Shown here one piece after another: positions 9,482 through 22,000 of a stretch of DNA of 64,000 nucleotides. Both the position numbers and the translations under genes were made by a program. The notes under the pieces are model-generated. The model was given only the letters and a program-made list of their open reading frames with translations, was not told the DNA's origin and searched no databases. The first letter of the stretch is position 1. Every line of letters starts with the position of its first letter. The stretch comes from Blastocladiella emersonii ATCC 22665 (taxonomy: Eukaryota; Fungi; Blastocladiomycota), in NCBI GenBank assembly GCA_025594325.1, contig JANHCV010000001.1, forward strand, positions 2,480,001 through 2,544,000. The letters are read 5' to 3'.

Positions 9482-11995
9482 ATGGCGTCCGTAGTCAAAG
9501 CCCTCATGGGCCTCGCGCGCCTTCGCATGACCATCTTCTCGGCCGTCACCTACTCGACCGCCGCGACGATCGGTGCCGCTATCGGTGCCTCTGCTCTTGG
9601 AAGCGGCCATGGCCTCGAGCTCCCCCGCTTCGTCCTCGGCTGGGCGTTCGTGCTCCTGTGCCAGCTCACTGCCCATTTCCTGGGCGAGTACCACGACCTG
9701 CCGTCCGACAAGTACAACTTCCTCGCGTCTCCCTTCACTGGCGGGAGCCAGGTGCTCATCTCGAGCCGCGCCGTGACTCCCGAGGCGTGCAAACGCGCCG
9801 GGCACATCTGCGCCGCTGCCGCCGCGGTCCTCCTCGTGTGGGGTCTACCGCTCGATGGCGGCCGCGAGGAAGCGCTGATCCCGCTCGGCTTCGCCATGAT
9901 CGCGCTGGCGCACCAGTACTCGGCCCCGCCGTTCCTCCTCAACCACCGCGCGTGGGGCGAGACGACCGCCGCCGTCGTCATGAACATCCTCTTGCCCTAC
10001 TTTGGCGCGCTGCTGCATATCCCGGCCGCCGTCTACGCCGACATGCCGTGGATCCAGCTCCACCGCCACCTGGCGCTCCTCGTGCTCCCCGCCGCGTGCT
10101 TCAAGTACGCGCTGTTCATTGTCCTCAACTGGGCCGACCGCCGCGCCGATTTCCTCGGCGGCAAGATCACGCTCGCGCTGGCGGTCAGCCCTAACGCCCT
10201 GTACGCCCGCTACGTCGCCGCCATGGTCTCCGGCTACGCCTGCGCCGCGGGCGCGTGGTACCTTCTCCCCGAGACGCGTGGACCGTACTTGCTGGCGTAC
10301 ATTGGCATCTTCCTGACGCTCCCGCTGGCGCACAAGCTGATTCTCGACCTGCACCCGCGCGCCCGCCAGCTTTCGGCATTCACCGTGTTCCTCTCCCTGC
10401 AGCACGCGCCGCTCCCGGTCCTCGTCATCTTTGCGTGCCAGGTCGTCAACGAGCTCCGCGCCGACCCGGCCATGACCTACCTCCCGACCATGTGGATTCG
10501 CCTCGTGCCCCTGCTCCCGTACATCCACATGCTCATCGTGCGCCGCCCGCCGCCCAAGGTCATGGTCGGCCTCGTCAAGCGCGAGCGAGCGCTGCACGCC
10601 GAGTCGCAGGTCGTCATCGTGGGTGCCGGTATCGCTGGCGTCGTGGCTGCGCTGGAGCTCCGCGCCGCCGGCGTCCCCTTCCTCGTCCTCGAGAAGCGCC
10701 CGCGCGGCCAGGCTGACCGCGGCGCGGACCTCGCCGTGTGGCCCGCGGCCGCCAAGGTCCTCCGCCGCTGGCTCCCCTCGGCCGCGTGGTGGCACAGCAA
10801 CTCGTTCCGCATCGACCGCGTGTTCATGGACCGCCTGTTCGGCCACGACGACGGCACCTGGTCGACGCGCCCGCTGCGCCAGGTCAACATGGCCGGCGTG
10901 ACGGCGCCGACCGGCGAGCAGTTCCGCCTCGTTGCGCGGTCGCCGCTCATGACCGCGCTCGCCGACCAGCTCGGCGACGACGACGTCCTGTACGGCGCGC
11001 GCGTGCTCGACCTCGACGAGCGCCAGGACCACATCCTCGTCCGGTACGCGTACCAGGACGTGGAGCACACGGTCCGCGCGCGGCTCGTCATTGGCGCCGA
11101 CGGCGTCCAGTCCGTGTGCCGCCGCGCCATGCTCGCGAACGCGGCCCGCCCGATCGTGTCCAACGACGACCACGTCGCGCCCGCCGCCTCGCTCAGTGCC
11201 GTTGGGAACTCGGAGCCCCGGTACGCCGGCGAGGTGTGCTACCGCGGGCTCATCGACTTCACGGACCCGGACCCGGCGGTGCAGGCGCTCCGCCGCGAGT
11301 TCGAGGCGGTCGACGAGCAGCGGCCGCACTCGATGCCGCTCCTGTACGGCGTCGGGCTCCGCGCGTCCTTCTCGTTCATCAACGAGACCAAGACGGTCGG
11401 GTGCTGGTGGGTCAAGGAGGCGTCCGACGAGCGGTACAGCGTGCAGGGCGTCGGCGGCTGGCGCGCCCGCCGCAAGGAGGTGTGCAACTGGCCCGAGCCG
11501 CTGCGCCAGTGCCACGATCTGACGCGCGACGAGGACCTGTACCTGCAGTATGTGCCGCTGATTCGACGAGTCCTGATCCAACATTGCTGACGCGTGCCGC
11601 CGCGAATTTGTAGAGACATTGTCGACCGCGAGCCGCAGACGTCGTGGTGCAGCTACCGGATCGTCCTGGTCGGCGACGCGGCACACCCGGTGACGCCGAA
11701 CATGGGCCAGGGCGCGAACATGGCCATCGAGGACGTGGCGTACCTCGTCAAGCTGCTCACGCGAATGCCCAACCACGTCGACGCCTTCATCGAGTACTGC
11801 AACCGGCGCATGCCGCACACCTCGGCCATCGCCAAGGAGTCGCACATCCAGGCCAAGCTCGGCCAGTTCAAGAACCCGGTCCTGGTCGAGCTGCGGTCGC
11901 TGCTGCTCTCGAGCGTGCCCGCGCGCATTTTCGAGCGCAAGCTGGCCGGCACCAACCTCTGGACCGAGCCGCCACTCCCGGACCAGGCCCTGTAG
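9482..11995 (+). CDS. Fusion of a MenA/UBIAD1-type UbiA prenyltransferase (N-term, multi-TM) and a class A FAD-dependent monooxygenase (C-term); ~815 aa; exons 9482-11547 and 11614-11995
   Basis: UbiA motifs GEYHDLPSD...FTGGSQVL and NWADRRADFLGGKITLA. FAD motifs VVIVGAGIAG (GxGxxG), LVIGADGVQS (DG) and IVLVGDAAHPVTPNMGQGANMAIED (GD). The two domains share one uninterrupted ORF, and a 66-nt intron joins the GD-motif exon in frame. Confidence 0.88.
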
Positions 11996-12294
11996 ACCTG
12001 TCGGACGCGTCCTGCAATATCATGATCATAGCCTTCCCGCCGCCCACGTGATGCGCAAAAGTCCTCGAAGATCCATCCGATCGCCGCGCCGGCGCCACGG
12101 CCGTCGACTCGCTGCCTCTCCCCGCCCGGCTCCGCTCCCCAACGCAGCCCACTGTACAACGTAGCGATTATTCTATCCCTCCTAATGCATCACTATGGAC
12201 TCGCCGAGGCGACCTCGACCCGTTGCACCAAGTGGAGTTACGCGCAGGGGCTGATCCTGAGGTCACCCCTCTCTCCCCGTCCCGGACATGTAGT

Positions 12295-12857
12295 ATGAGC
12301 TCGCTGCCGATGGACAGGCCGATGGACTCGCCTACCGGTATCCGCAAGAACGTCTCGCGCTCCTCGCGCGCTGGCCTCCAGGTACGCCCCTGGAGCACGC
12401 GCCCGCCGTCCGTGTCACCTCGCTGACCGACCTCGGCGGCGTACAGTTCCCAGTGGGCCGCATCCACCGCCTGCTCAAGCAGCAGTCGCACCACAACTCG
12501 CGCGTGGGCGCCAAGGCCGCCGTCTACGCGGCCGCCATCCTCGAGTACCTGACGGCCGAGGTGCTCGAGCTCGCGGGCAACGCTACCAAGGACCTCAACG
12601 TCAAGCGCATCACGCCGCGACACCTCCAGCTCGCGATTCGCGGCGACGAGGAGCTCGACACGCTGATTAAGGCGACGATCGCGGGTGGTGGTGTGATGCC
12701 CAACATGTGCGTCCCGCGAAGGCCGTCCGCGCGCGATAGGATGTGCTGCTAACATGCTCGCGGTGTGACCCTTTCCTCGTATAGTCAGCGTAGTCTCATC
12801 GTCAAGGACCCGGCACAGGCGTCGGGGAAGCCCAAGATCGGCGGCGGCAAGGACTAA
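12295..12857 (+). CDS. H2AZ: Histone H2A.Z-like variant (divergent tails); exons 12295-12381, 12447-12706, 12785-12857
   Basis: Spliced product reads SRSSRAGLQ|FPVGRIHR...[68 protein letters not shown]|[13 protein letters not shown] and [11 protein letters not shown] are H2A.Z-diagnostic. The start codon is uncertain. Confidence 0.9.
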
Positions 12858-13394
12858 CGTTCGCTTCTCGCAGTTTGTCGTTCCCGTCGTGGATACACAT
12901 CACCTCCCCCTCGTCTCGTCTCTCTATTTATTGGATAAAACCTTGTTTTGTGTACGTGCAAGCCCAAAACTATCCTCCCCAAGACGCCGGTGGGTGACTC
13001 CCAACCTGACTCGCAGCTCGATAACCAACGCGTCTCGCAGCCGCCGCGTGACCGCGTCGCGACGCGTGGCACTACCCGCTCATTCGCCTCGCATGTCTCG
13101 CGCGGCAAGTACCACGGCACATTTTGATGCCCAGCGCGTGGATCACATCGCACTCGCGGTAATTAAATGGCTCGGATCGGAGTAGCGGAAGTAGTCTGCG
13201 AGGCGCTGGGAGGCGACTGCGCCACCCCGACCCACACCACCTGGATTGAGCCGGCGTCTCCGCATCCTCCCTCCTGACCTCGCGCTTATGGATGCATCGA
13301 ATCCGGGTGCCACGATTTTTGGCGCACCCTTACGCAGCAGCCCGCCGTTTGCGCTCCACCCGACCACGCGCCATCGCGCTCTTCAACTTGCACG

Positions 13395-15991
13395 ATGCCA
13401 GACTTGCAGTCACCCTCGTCGTCGGGCATCCTGTCCGAAGACCAGCTCAACTGGTCGCTTCAAGAGCCCGGGAATGCATCGAGACAGCCGCCGGGCCCCG
13501 GTTCCGGTGCCGGGCCGCCACAATCAGACGGCAAAGCCGCCTCCACGAACCGTATCACACTTGGACGCGGCTCGGCCGTCTCGTTCCCGCTACAGGACTC
13601 TGTCGACGGGTGTGTACTACCCGCAGGCTGGCATACAGACATGGATGCATGTACTAACGCTGGCCCTCGCCATAGCCGAACTACCATGTCGCGCGGCAAC
13701 TCGGCCGTGGGGTCCGACGTAGACGTGCCCGGCGTCGACACGCCGCCGGGCGGCCGCACGCTGGAGCGGTTCAAGCACTCGCTCGAGCGAGCGCGGCGAC
13801 CTTCCGCATCGCGCCGGACCGTGTCCCGCCACGGCGGGAGCCGAGGCAGGTCGTTCATGTCCGTGGCCAGCATCGCGCACGGCGTCGACGAGCTGCGCGA
13901 CCGACGCAAACTTGCTGTATTTATCCTCGTCGTGTCTAGCGTGTGTGTCGTGACGTTTGTCTTTGCCGTCAACGTGCTCGGCTTCGTACGTTTCCCACGC
14001 TCGCCGACCGACAGCGACCATGTACGCTCACGCTCGCGACTGCACCGCCGTGCGTAGAGTTACTGGATCGCGGGCGCCTCGGCCATACCCGTCGGCATCA
14101 TCGCGTCGGGGTTCATCTTTCGATGGTTGTCGAACCGGCGTGTCCTGGGCAAACAGCGAGCATCAGCGCCGCTGGTCACGCACGTACGATACACCTCGTC
14201 CTCGCCCGAACCGAGACCTGCACCCTCTTCTGACGGTCGTCCCATCACCAGATCACGCTCGACCGCATCTCCAACCGCTCGGTGACCAGCCATCGACAAA
14301 CGACGGCGGCCATCAAGATCAACCTCGACAACATCGTGACCGTCGACAAGTACATGTACTCGTCCGCCGTGCTGCGGAGCTGCGAGCTCGACGCGAGCGA
14401 CCCGAGCATGAAGTCGGTCGAGACCGGCCAGCCTCGCGGCGCCATGGTACCATCGACCATGTCCCTCGACGGCCTGCCCAAGGTCACCACCTCGGCGGGC
14501 GTCGCGGCCGCGTCGTCGCCCGAGCTGCCCGGCCTCAAGTCCTCGTTTTCGCTTCCGCGCACCGGCCGGATACCCCTGCCGCGGCCAGTTTCGCCCTCGC
14601 CGCTGTCGAACATCGTGCAGGAGCAGTCCCCGTCTGAGTCGCTGTCTACATCCGTCCCACCATCGCCACGCGGGCTGCCCAAGTTTGGACATGATCGGCT
14701 CGGCCACAGTCTTCCTCGCGGCACGATCCACGGCGCTGACGAGACCCCGGCCAAGCTCCCAACCGCGGTCCGCACGCTGCCGTCGGCGTACAGCAACTCG
14801 AGCGTCACGAGCGATGCTGGCCGGCCGCCACCCTTTGCCGTCCCGACCTCGTCGATCACCTCGTCCATCAACTCGGTCGCATCGACAGGCAGCCGCCGCC
14901 CGCGGAGCTACTCGTCCGACAGCGCCCGCGCCAGAGCTAGCGGCAGCCGCGACCGCATCCCGCCGCCCCCGTCCGTCGGCGTCCGCACGCTGAACCGGAA
15001 CCGCGACACGCCCCTGCGCACGCGGATTCTGCAGCGCGCCGTGGCGTCCGGCATGCCGTCGCGATCCGGTAGCACCTCGACGTACGCTGGCGGCACGACC
15101 GCCGCGGGCACGGGCGCCTCGACGCCCGACCATTCCGCGGGCCCGTCGACTGCGCACGGGTCGCGGGCCGACCTGCCGCACGCCGATGCCTCCGTCGACG
15201 ATGTCGTGAAGCCGCCGCGCGGCGGCCTGCGCGATGGCGCCGGGCTCAATATGCCGCCGCGGCTCGGGACCATGACGCTCGGCCGGATCCCCGCGTCGCC
15301 CGTCGCCCCGCCGCGCCGCTTCGCGCCCGTTCCGGCCGACACGCTCCCGCTCAGCGATACCGTCACGTCGAGCGTGACGCTGCCCGGCGCCCACTCGCCC
15401 GAGCGGCCCGCTGATGCATCCATGCCGCTGATGTCCGGCGAAAGCTTCGGAATCCTGCCCGTCCCTGACGTTGCGGTCCCGCTCGAGATCCGGTACTCGT
15501 CGCTCCCCGTCATCCCGCCCCCGCCCCCGCCCTCGCTCCCGTCCGACGACCTCGAGCCCGCTACGGCGGCCGCCACCAACGACGACGAGCGCGCCTCGTT
15601 CCTCCTCAACCGCACCCGGCTCATCAGCGGGAGCAGCGACGGGCCCGTCCCGCTCGCGCCGTGGTCGAGCGAGTCGTCGTGGGCCAACGGGTCGCTCCGC
15701 GGTGGCGTCTCGTCGCTTCTGCGGTCTCTGCGCGACATCTCGAGCGAGCTCCGCCGGTCTGCGAGTAGAGGCTCGCCGACGGGCGGCGGGGGAGGCGGAG
15801 GGAGCTCCGGTGGCATGTCGGACGGGTCCGAGAAGAAGCAGGACTCGCCTGCGGCGCTCGTTCCCGCGGCAGGCCTCGACGCAGCTGACGACGGCGGCGA
15901 TGATGTGATGTATCCGCTCCGTGGGCTCACCTTGAGCGCAAGAACGGGTTCGCGGAACGCGGGGCTCGCCGAAGAGGTCGTCGCGGAGTGA
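13395..15991 (+). CDS. Hypothetical membrane protein: two TM helices near the N-terminus, then a long Ser/Pro/Thr-rich disordered tail; about 4 exons
   Basis: ORFs 13395-14057 and 14282-15991 link through GT-AG introns and a small exon. Hydrophobic segments are LAVFILVVSSVCVVTFVFAVNVLGF and YWIAGASAIPVGIIASGFIF. No family recognised. Confidence 0.55.
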
Positions 15992-16092
15992 GTGATGCGT
16001 GTAGTGATGGACCGGTGGCTGGGCCGCAATTTTGGAAAGAAAACGTCAGGCGCAACGGCACATCCACAAGAATACATTTTTCTGCCCCTCAA

Positions 16093-19000
16093 TCAGTCGC
16101 CGCGATTCTTAGAAGCTGGCCCGGAGCGCTTCGCACCAGAACCAGTAGCTCGAGACGGCGATGACGCGACCCGCGGCGGCGTGACCGCGGCCGCGGAGCC
16201 GTACCTGCCCGGGAACGTGAGCGCGAGGCAGCGCTCAACGGGATCGGCGTCGTCGGGGACTTGGGCCCGCGTCTCGCGCAGGTAGAACTTGGCGAGGTGG
16301 AGGGCGTGCTCGTGCCTAAGACGGAGAGCAACGTTAGCCACCAACGCGACCAAAGCGCGGCAGAGTTTGAGAGCGACGTACTGTCCCTCCTGCAGCAGCT
16401 CCTCGACAAGCGAGCCGATCAACCCACGGCGCAGCGCGTACCGGAGGCTGGGCTCGAGGAACGGCGTCCCGAGCAGCTGCGCGTACGCGCGCGACACATG
16501 CACGAACTCGAACAGCCAGTCCATGGCCGTGGCCATGCGGAACAGGTCGCGGGCGGCGTGCGCGCACTCGAGCGCGATGAGGATCGGCAGGTTGTGCTCG
16601 GCGAAGAACGCGACGGCGGCTGCCGGGTCGAGCGGCAGGCACCCGATCAGCAGCAGGTACGTCGCGAGCCCGTGCTGCGCCGCGGCGCCGAGGAACTTGA
16701 ACGCGAACGGCGCGAGGACGCGCCGCGCGGCGCCGTCGTGGGGCGACGTCGACACCTCGTAGACCATGTCGAGCAGGATCGGGCACCGGATCATGCTCTC
16801 GGCCACGGCGCGCGCCCACCGCGGGACCATGGCCGCGGCTCCGTCGGCGTCAGCAGGCGCGGCGGGGTGCTCGTGCGAGACCACGCCGAGAAGGTACCCG
16901 CGCCAGATCTCGGTCAGGTTCGGGATGTCGCGGAACGCGAGCGAGATGCGCGCGAGGTCTTGCGCGAGGTACTCGTAGTGCCCGGTCGCGACGAGCGACG
17001 CGAGCGCCTTGGACAGCAGGTCCGTGTCCTTGAGCTTGTAGTCGACGCACAGGTTGCACACGACTTGCAGCACCTACGCGCACGCGAGCGAGTCCGAGAA
17101 GTGTCAGTGTGAGGGCGCGGGCCGACGGACGGAGCGGCGGGACGCGAGCGCGGACCAGCGGGTTGTTGTGGTGCTTCATCCACAGCGTCTGGACCAGCTC
17201 CAGGCCGCCCTTGAGGAACACGTTCGGGAGGTAGTGGAGGCCAAGCGAGTCGAGGTCGCGGAGGTGGAGGTGCATGAGGGCGACGTCGGTCGCGTCTTTC
17301 GGACTGAGCTTGAGCGGGATCAGATCCCTGGGAAGCACCTTGCCCATGATGCTCAGGGCGCGCAGCTTCATGATCCGCGTCAGCTCCTTTTCCTCGCGCG
17401 ACTACAGCAGTCGTGAGGGAGATGTCAGTCACGTTCGCGTGCTGCGCGACAAAACGTGGAACCGTACAATCGTGGCCTCGAGGAACTTGCGAAGCCTACG
17501 GAGGTCGATGTTGCCATAGTCGACCATGTACTTGATGATGTGGTCGGACTCCCACGGGATGGAGGCGAACGCGGCCGAAGGAAGAAGGCCAGCTGGCGCG
17601 GGAACGTCGGTGCCGAAAATGGACTACAAACGAGGACGAACAACGATCAGTCAGCGTTCAAGGAAGACCAGAGCACGCCAAAATCGTACCTTGATGAGCT
17701 CGAGCTGGATATTCCGAAGGTTGAGCTCGAGGTCCGCGCCCACAAAATAGGCGACCAAATACGCGGGGACCTGGTTGGCGCCCTCGTACTGGAGCTCGCG
17801 GTAGCTCGTGTACAGGGTGACGATGAGGGCGCTCGGGTCGTCGAGCAGCGGGGTAAGCTGCGGGACCTGGTACGAGATGAGCGTTCGTGCCGCGCGAGCG
17901 CGGCGGAGCGCGTCGCGGGACTCGCTGAGGTGGTGCGCGATCGACGGGTCGTCCGACGCGCCCGGCAGGCTCTCGAGGCACCTGACGGCGAACTGGAGCG
18001 CCACGATCTTCTCATGGGCGTCGCAATGTTTCGCGATATTGGTCGCGATCGAGCGCGCGAGCATCTTGCCGGCGGCGCTGGCAGCGTCGTGGTCTGCCGC
18101 GGCGGGGCTCGCGTACTGCGCAGGCGCTCCGGTTGGGAACCCAGCAATGGCCTTGAGCGAGGGCATGACGTCGTTGAACTTGAAAGCCGAGCGGTTCTGC
18201 GCCTGCGCGTTGATGGCGAAGCTCGCGTGGATCTCGTTGGTTGACAGACCGATCATGGGCGCGAGCTGCAGCATCACCGCGAGCGACGTGGGCGAGATGA
18301 TGCGGCAGAGGTACTTGAGGGCGTCGAGCGGCGGCACCGAGACGATCTCGTGCAGGTTGAGCCGCGTGCGGGCACGCGCAGCGTCCCACCCGTTCGCCTC
18401 GGCGTCCTGCACCTCGCCGTCGACCAGCGGATGGTTGGGCTTGACAAATTTCTCGGCGACCGTGATCACCTCCTGGTACTTGCCGACGGCGGCGACGGTC
18501 GCGCGGTCGATCACGAACGGGTCCTTTTGGGCCAGGTTCTGGACCATGCCGCACAGGAACCCGATGCGCGCGTAGTTGTACGGGTCGGACTGGAACAGGG
18601 CCGTGCAGTACGTGTCGGCGAGCTGCGCCGTGTTCACGATGTCGTCGTGGACCGCGAGGATCGCGTCCTGGTACGAGAATGCCGAACTCGACAGCGCCGT
18701 GCCGCCACCGCCACCACTGCACGAGCCGGCAGTAGCGACGACGACAGCGTGGTTCGCCGAGCTTCCCGCGGGCGCCGCCGCGTCGAGCTCCATCGCGTCG
18801 GGCTGCTGCGTGTCGCCGGCGAGCTGTTGGCGCACGAACTCGAGCCGCACGAGGTCCTCGTTGAGGTGGAAGGCCTCGGCGAACTCGAGGGCGAGGACCA
18901 GGTCCATGTTCGACGCGCGCAGCAGCGGCCGGATATACGCGGCGAGTGCCGCGGTGCGCGCGTTCGGGTCGCTGTGGAAGCGCTGGAAGTCGGACTTGGC

Positions 19001-22000
19001 GGTGGGGATCCCGAGCAGCGCGAACTGCGACTGCCACGTTGCCGCAAGCGAGTGGTTGCGGAGCGTGTCGGCCGCGGCGTACTGCATGTCGTGTCGGGCG
19101 AGGAGCACGCCGAGCGCGCAGTACGCGTGGACCTTTCCGAGGTCGCCGTCCTTGAGCTCCTGCAGCGCGTTGATGATGGTCGGGCCCACCTTCTTGATCG
19201 AAACCCTGGCCAGGTAGCTGAAGGCGAGCTCGAGGTCGACGTGCGGCGAGCGGATCATGTCCTTGAGCAGGCCGAGGAGTCTCGCGCGCGTGCTGTCGGC
19301 GGTGAGCGCCCTGGTGGCTGGAGCAGGCTCGGTCGAGGCCACGGACGGGAGCGTTGTCGTGGTGGTATCGGAGACGATCCCCGCGACCAGGAGGGGGAGC
19401 TGGACGTGTTCCGCATCGAGAAGCGCGCGGACCAGCTCGTCGGACGCCTGCACGAGCTTGGCGAGCAGCGACGGACCGCTCCGCCCCTTGCCCTTGGACT
19501 TCTTCCGCGCGCGCATCGCGTGGAGCTCGTCCAAGAGAGCCCGCGGAGACGTGGCCGACGCGACATCGAGCCCAGCTAGCACCAGTCGGATGCACATGGG
19601 GAGGAAGATGTCTGACTTGAGGAGGAAGCCGTTGTCCTCGTAGTGGTGGTGCAGCTCGGAGGGGTTGGTGGACGGTCGAGTTTCCAGAATGCGATCGTGG
19701 CCGTTGGTCATGGCGGGCGCACTTGACGATGATGAGCTTGACGCAGCAGAAGCAGAAGCGAAGCTCGAAGCTTGCGGCGGACCCGACGCTGTCAGCGAGG
19801 TCCGGCCGACGACGGCGCGGTACTCGCCCTCGGTCGAGCGCGTGTGGACGGTGCACAGCAGGTGGGTGTACCTGAGGTGGTCGAGGATCTCGGGCGCGAG
19901 GTTCAGGTCGGCCAGCTGCATCGAGCGCTCGACAATGTTGAGCAGGCCGCTGGCGAGCCGCGACGAGAAGCGGGCGGGGTGCTCGGCAGCAACGTGCAGG
20001 AGATCGCGGAGGAGCGAAAGTAGCAGAGGAACGCTGCACCACAAACGCATCATCTCGGCGACGTGCACCAGCGACTCGGACACGTTCCCGCGCTGCAGCG
20101 CCTGCCTCGCCATGGTTGCGTACGCCTGCGGCATGTCGATGGCGAGCACGTTGGCGAGGCGGTGAACGTCGTAAGGGGCGCGACCTGCGGTGGCCGAGTG
20201 CTCGAGGAAGAAGGCCAGCCGAGATCCCGCGCAGTGAACCGAGGCCATTGTGGCCTGGGTGAGCTTGAGCTCGACGTGCAGGCGCTGCAGCATGGCGAGG
20301 CGCTCGATCATGGCGGTGACGCGCGCGTCGCCGCGTTCGAGGACCGTCTGCACGAACCGCGCGAGGGCGAGCGCGTTCGCGATCCGCTCGCTCGCAGCGA
20401 GGCCGCTGGTCAGGTTGCCCGGGCCGTGCCGGACCGCAAACGCGTTGTCCGCGATCTGCGCGATCAGACGACGCCCGACGGTAGCGAATTGGCGGGCGTG
20501 CGAGTGCTGCTGGAGCTGGCGGAGGTACTCGGTCCACTGGGCGTGGGGCATGGTCGAGCCGTGGTGCGTGAGGAACGACGACAGCACAGCGCCGAGCTTG
20601 ACGTCGGCCACGGCGTCGGCGATCTGGATCGCGTCGTTGATGGCGCGGATGGTGCTGATCGTCGCGAGGCGCCCAAAGACTCGACGGAGCTGAGCGGGCG
20701 AGAAGCCGACCGACGCGGGGAAGCGGTAGTCGAGGATGAGCATCTGGCGGAGCTGCGCCTTGCGCCACGCCAGCTCGAGCTTGTCGCGGTCGGCGGGGGC
20801 GAGCGACACCTCGTCGAGGACCGCGCGGACTGCGTCGGCCAGCTCGTCGCTGCACGGGACGGCGGCGTGGCTGACCAGGTTCAGGACAATGTTGCAGCGG
20901 ATGCCGATGTCGCCGATGAAGCTCTGGATGACGATGACGCGCTGCTCCCACGTCGCGGCGTACGCGGACCGGCGGAAGGTGGTGCAGACCTGGTCGCAGT
21001 GTTCCGCGAGCAGCAGGTCGCGGTTGAGCAGGTGCCGCTTGACGTACGGGTCGAACACGTTGGTGATGGTGTCGGGCAGCCGCTCGGGTGCGGCGATGCG
21101 CTCGAGCAGCAAGTGTGCGACCCGCGTGAGCGGAACGGTCGTCGCCTTGTAGTCATCTAGCCGGATCTTGAACCCGAGCTTCTCGTCGAGGAAGCACAGG
21201 TCGTCAAGATCCACCCCAAGTTGGACAACCTCGGGCTTGGGCTCGGCGATGGTGGCGTTGGCCATGTACGCCATCCACGCCGACGTGGACCCGACGCCCG
21301 CGACGCTGTTGACCTTGAGTGGGAAGCGGATGAGGTCGATCAGCTGCAGCGCCTCGCGGGCGCCGCGGCCGGGCAGCGCCTCGAGCTTGAGCGCGCGGCC
21401 GACCAGCCACTCGTTGATGGCGTATCGGATCTGCGGCTGGGCAAAGGGCAGCACGTCGTGGCGCAGCCACTGGACGAGCTCGGACGTCACAACCGACAGC
21501 GGCAGGTTCTTGACGAGCGCGCTGGCCGTGTCGGCGAGCGCGGGGTGGCGGCTCCACACGACGGCGAGGTCGCGGATCGCCCCCTCAGCGGCGAGCCGCT
21601 GGGCCATGTCGGCGAGGTCGCACTTGAGAAAGTCGCGCACGGCGACCGCGTCGTAGTCGCGGCCAAAGAGCTGCCACGTGCCGAGGCGCAGCATCGCGTC
21701 GCGGGCCGCGCGGAGCGACGCGGCGACGGACTCGGCGCTCGGGTCCTTGCGGTGCAGCTCGTCGAGCACGCGTTCCGCGTAGGCGAAGGCGGCGTGCTGG
21801 TCAGCGATGCACGCGAACTTGAGCTTGAAGCAGACGTTGGCGCGGTAGGCGCGGTCGTGCACGGCGTCGAGGAGCGGGACCACGGCGGGGAACGACGAGA
21901 TGGTCTCCCTGGCGACCGAGTTGAGGCGGGCCCTCCACACGAGCTGCGCGTCGAGCAAGTGCTCCTCGGCCAGCGCAAGGGCGTCGTCCCACGCGTGCGC

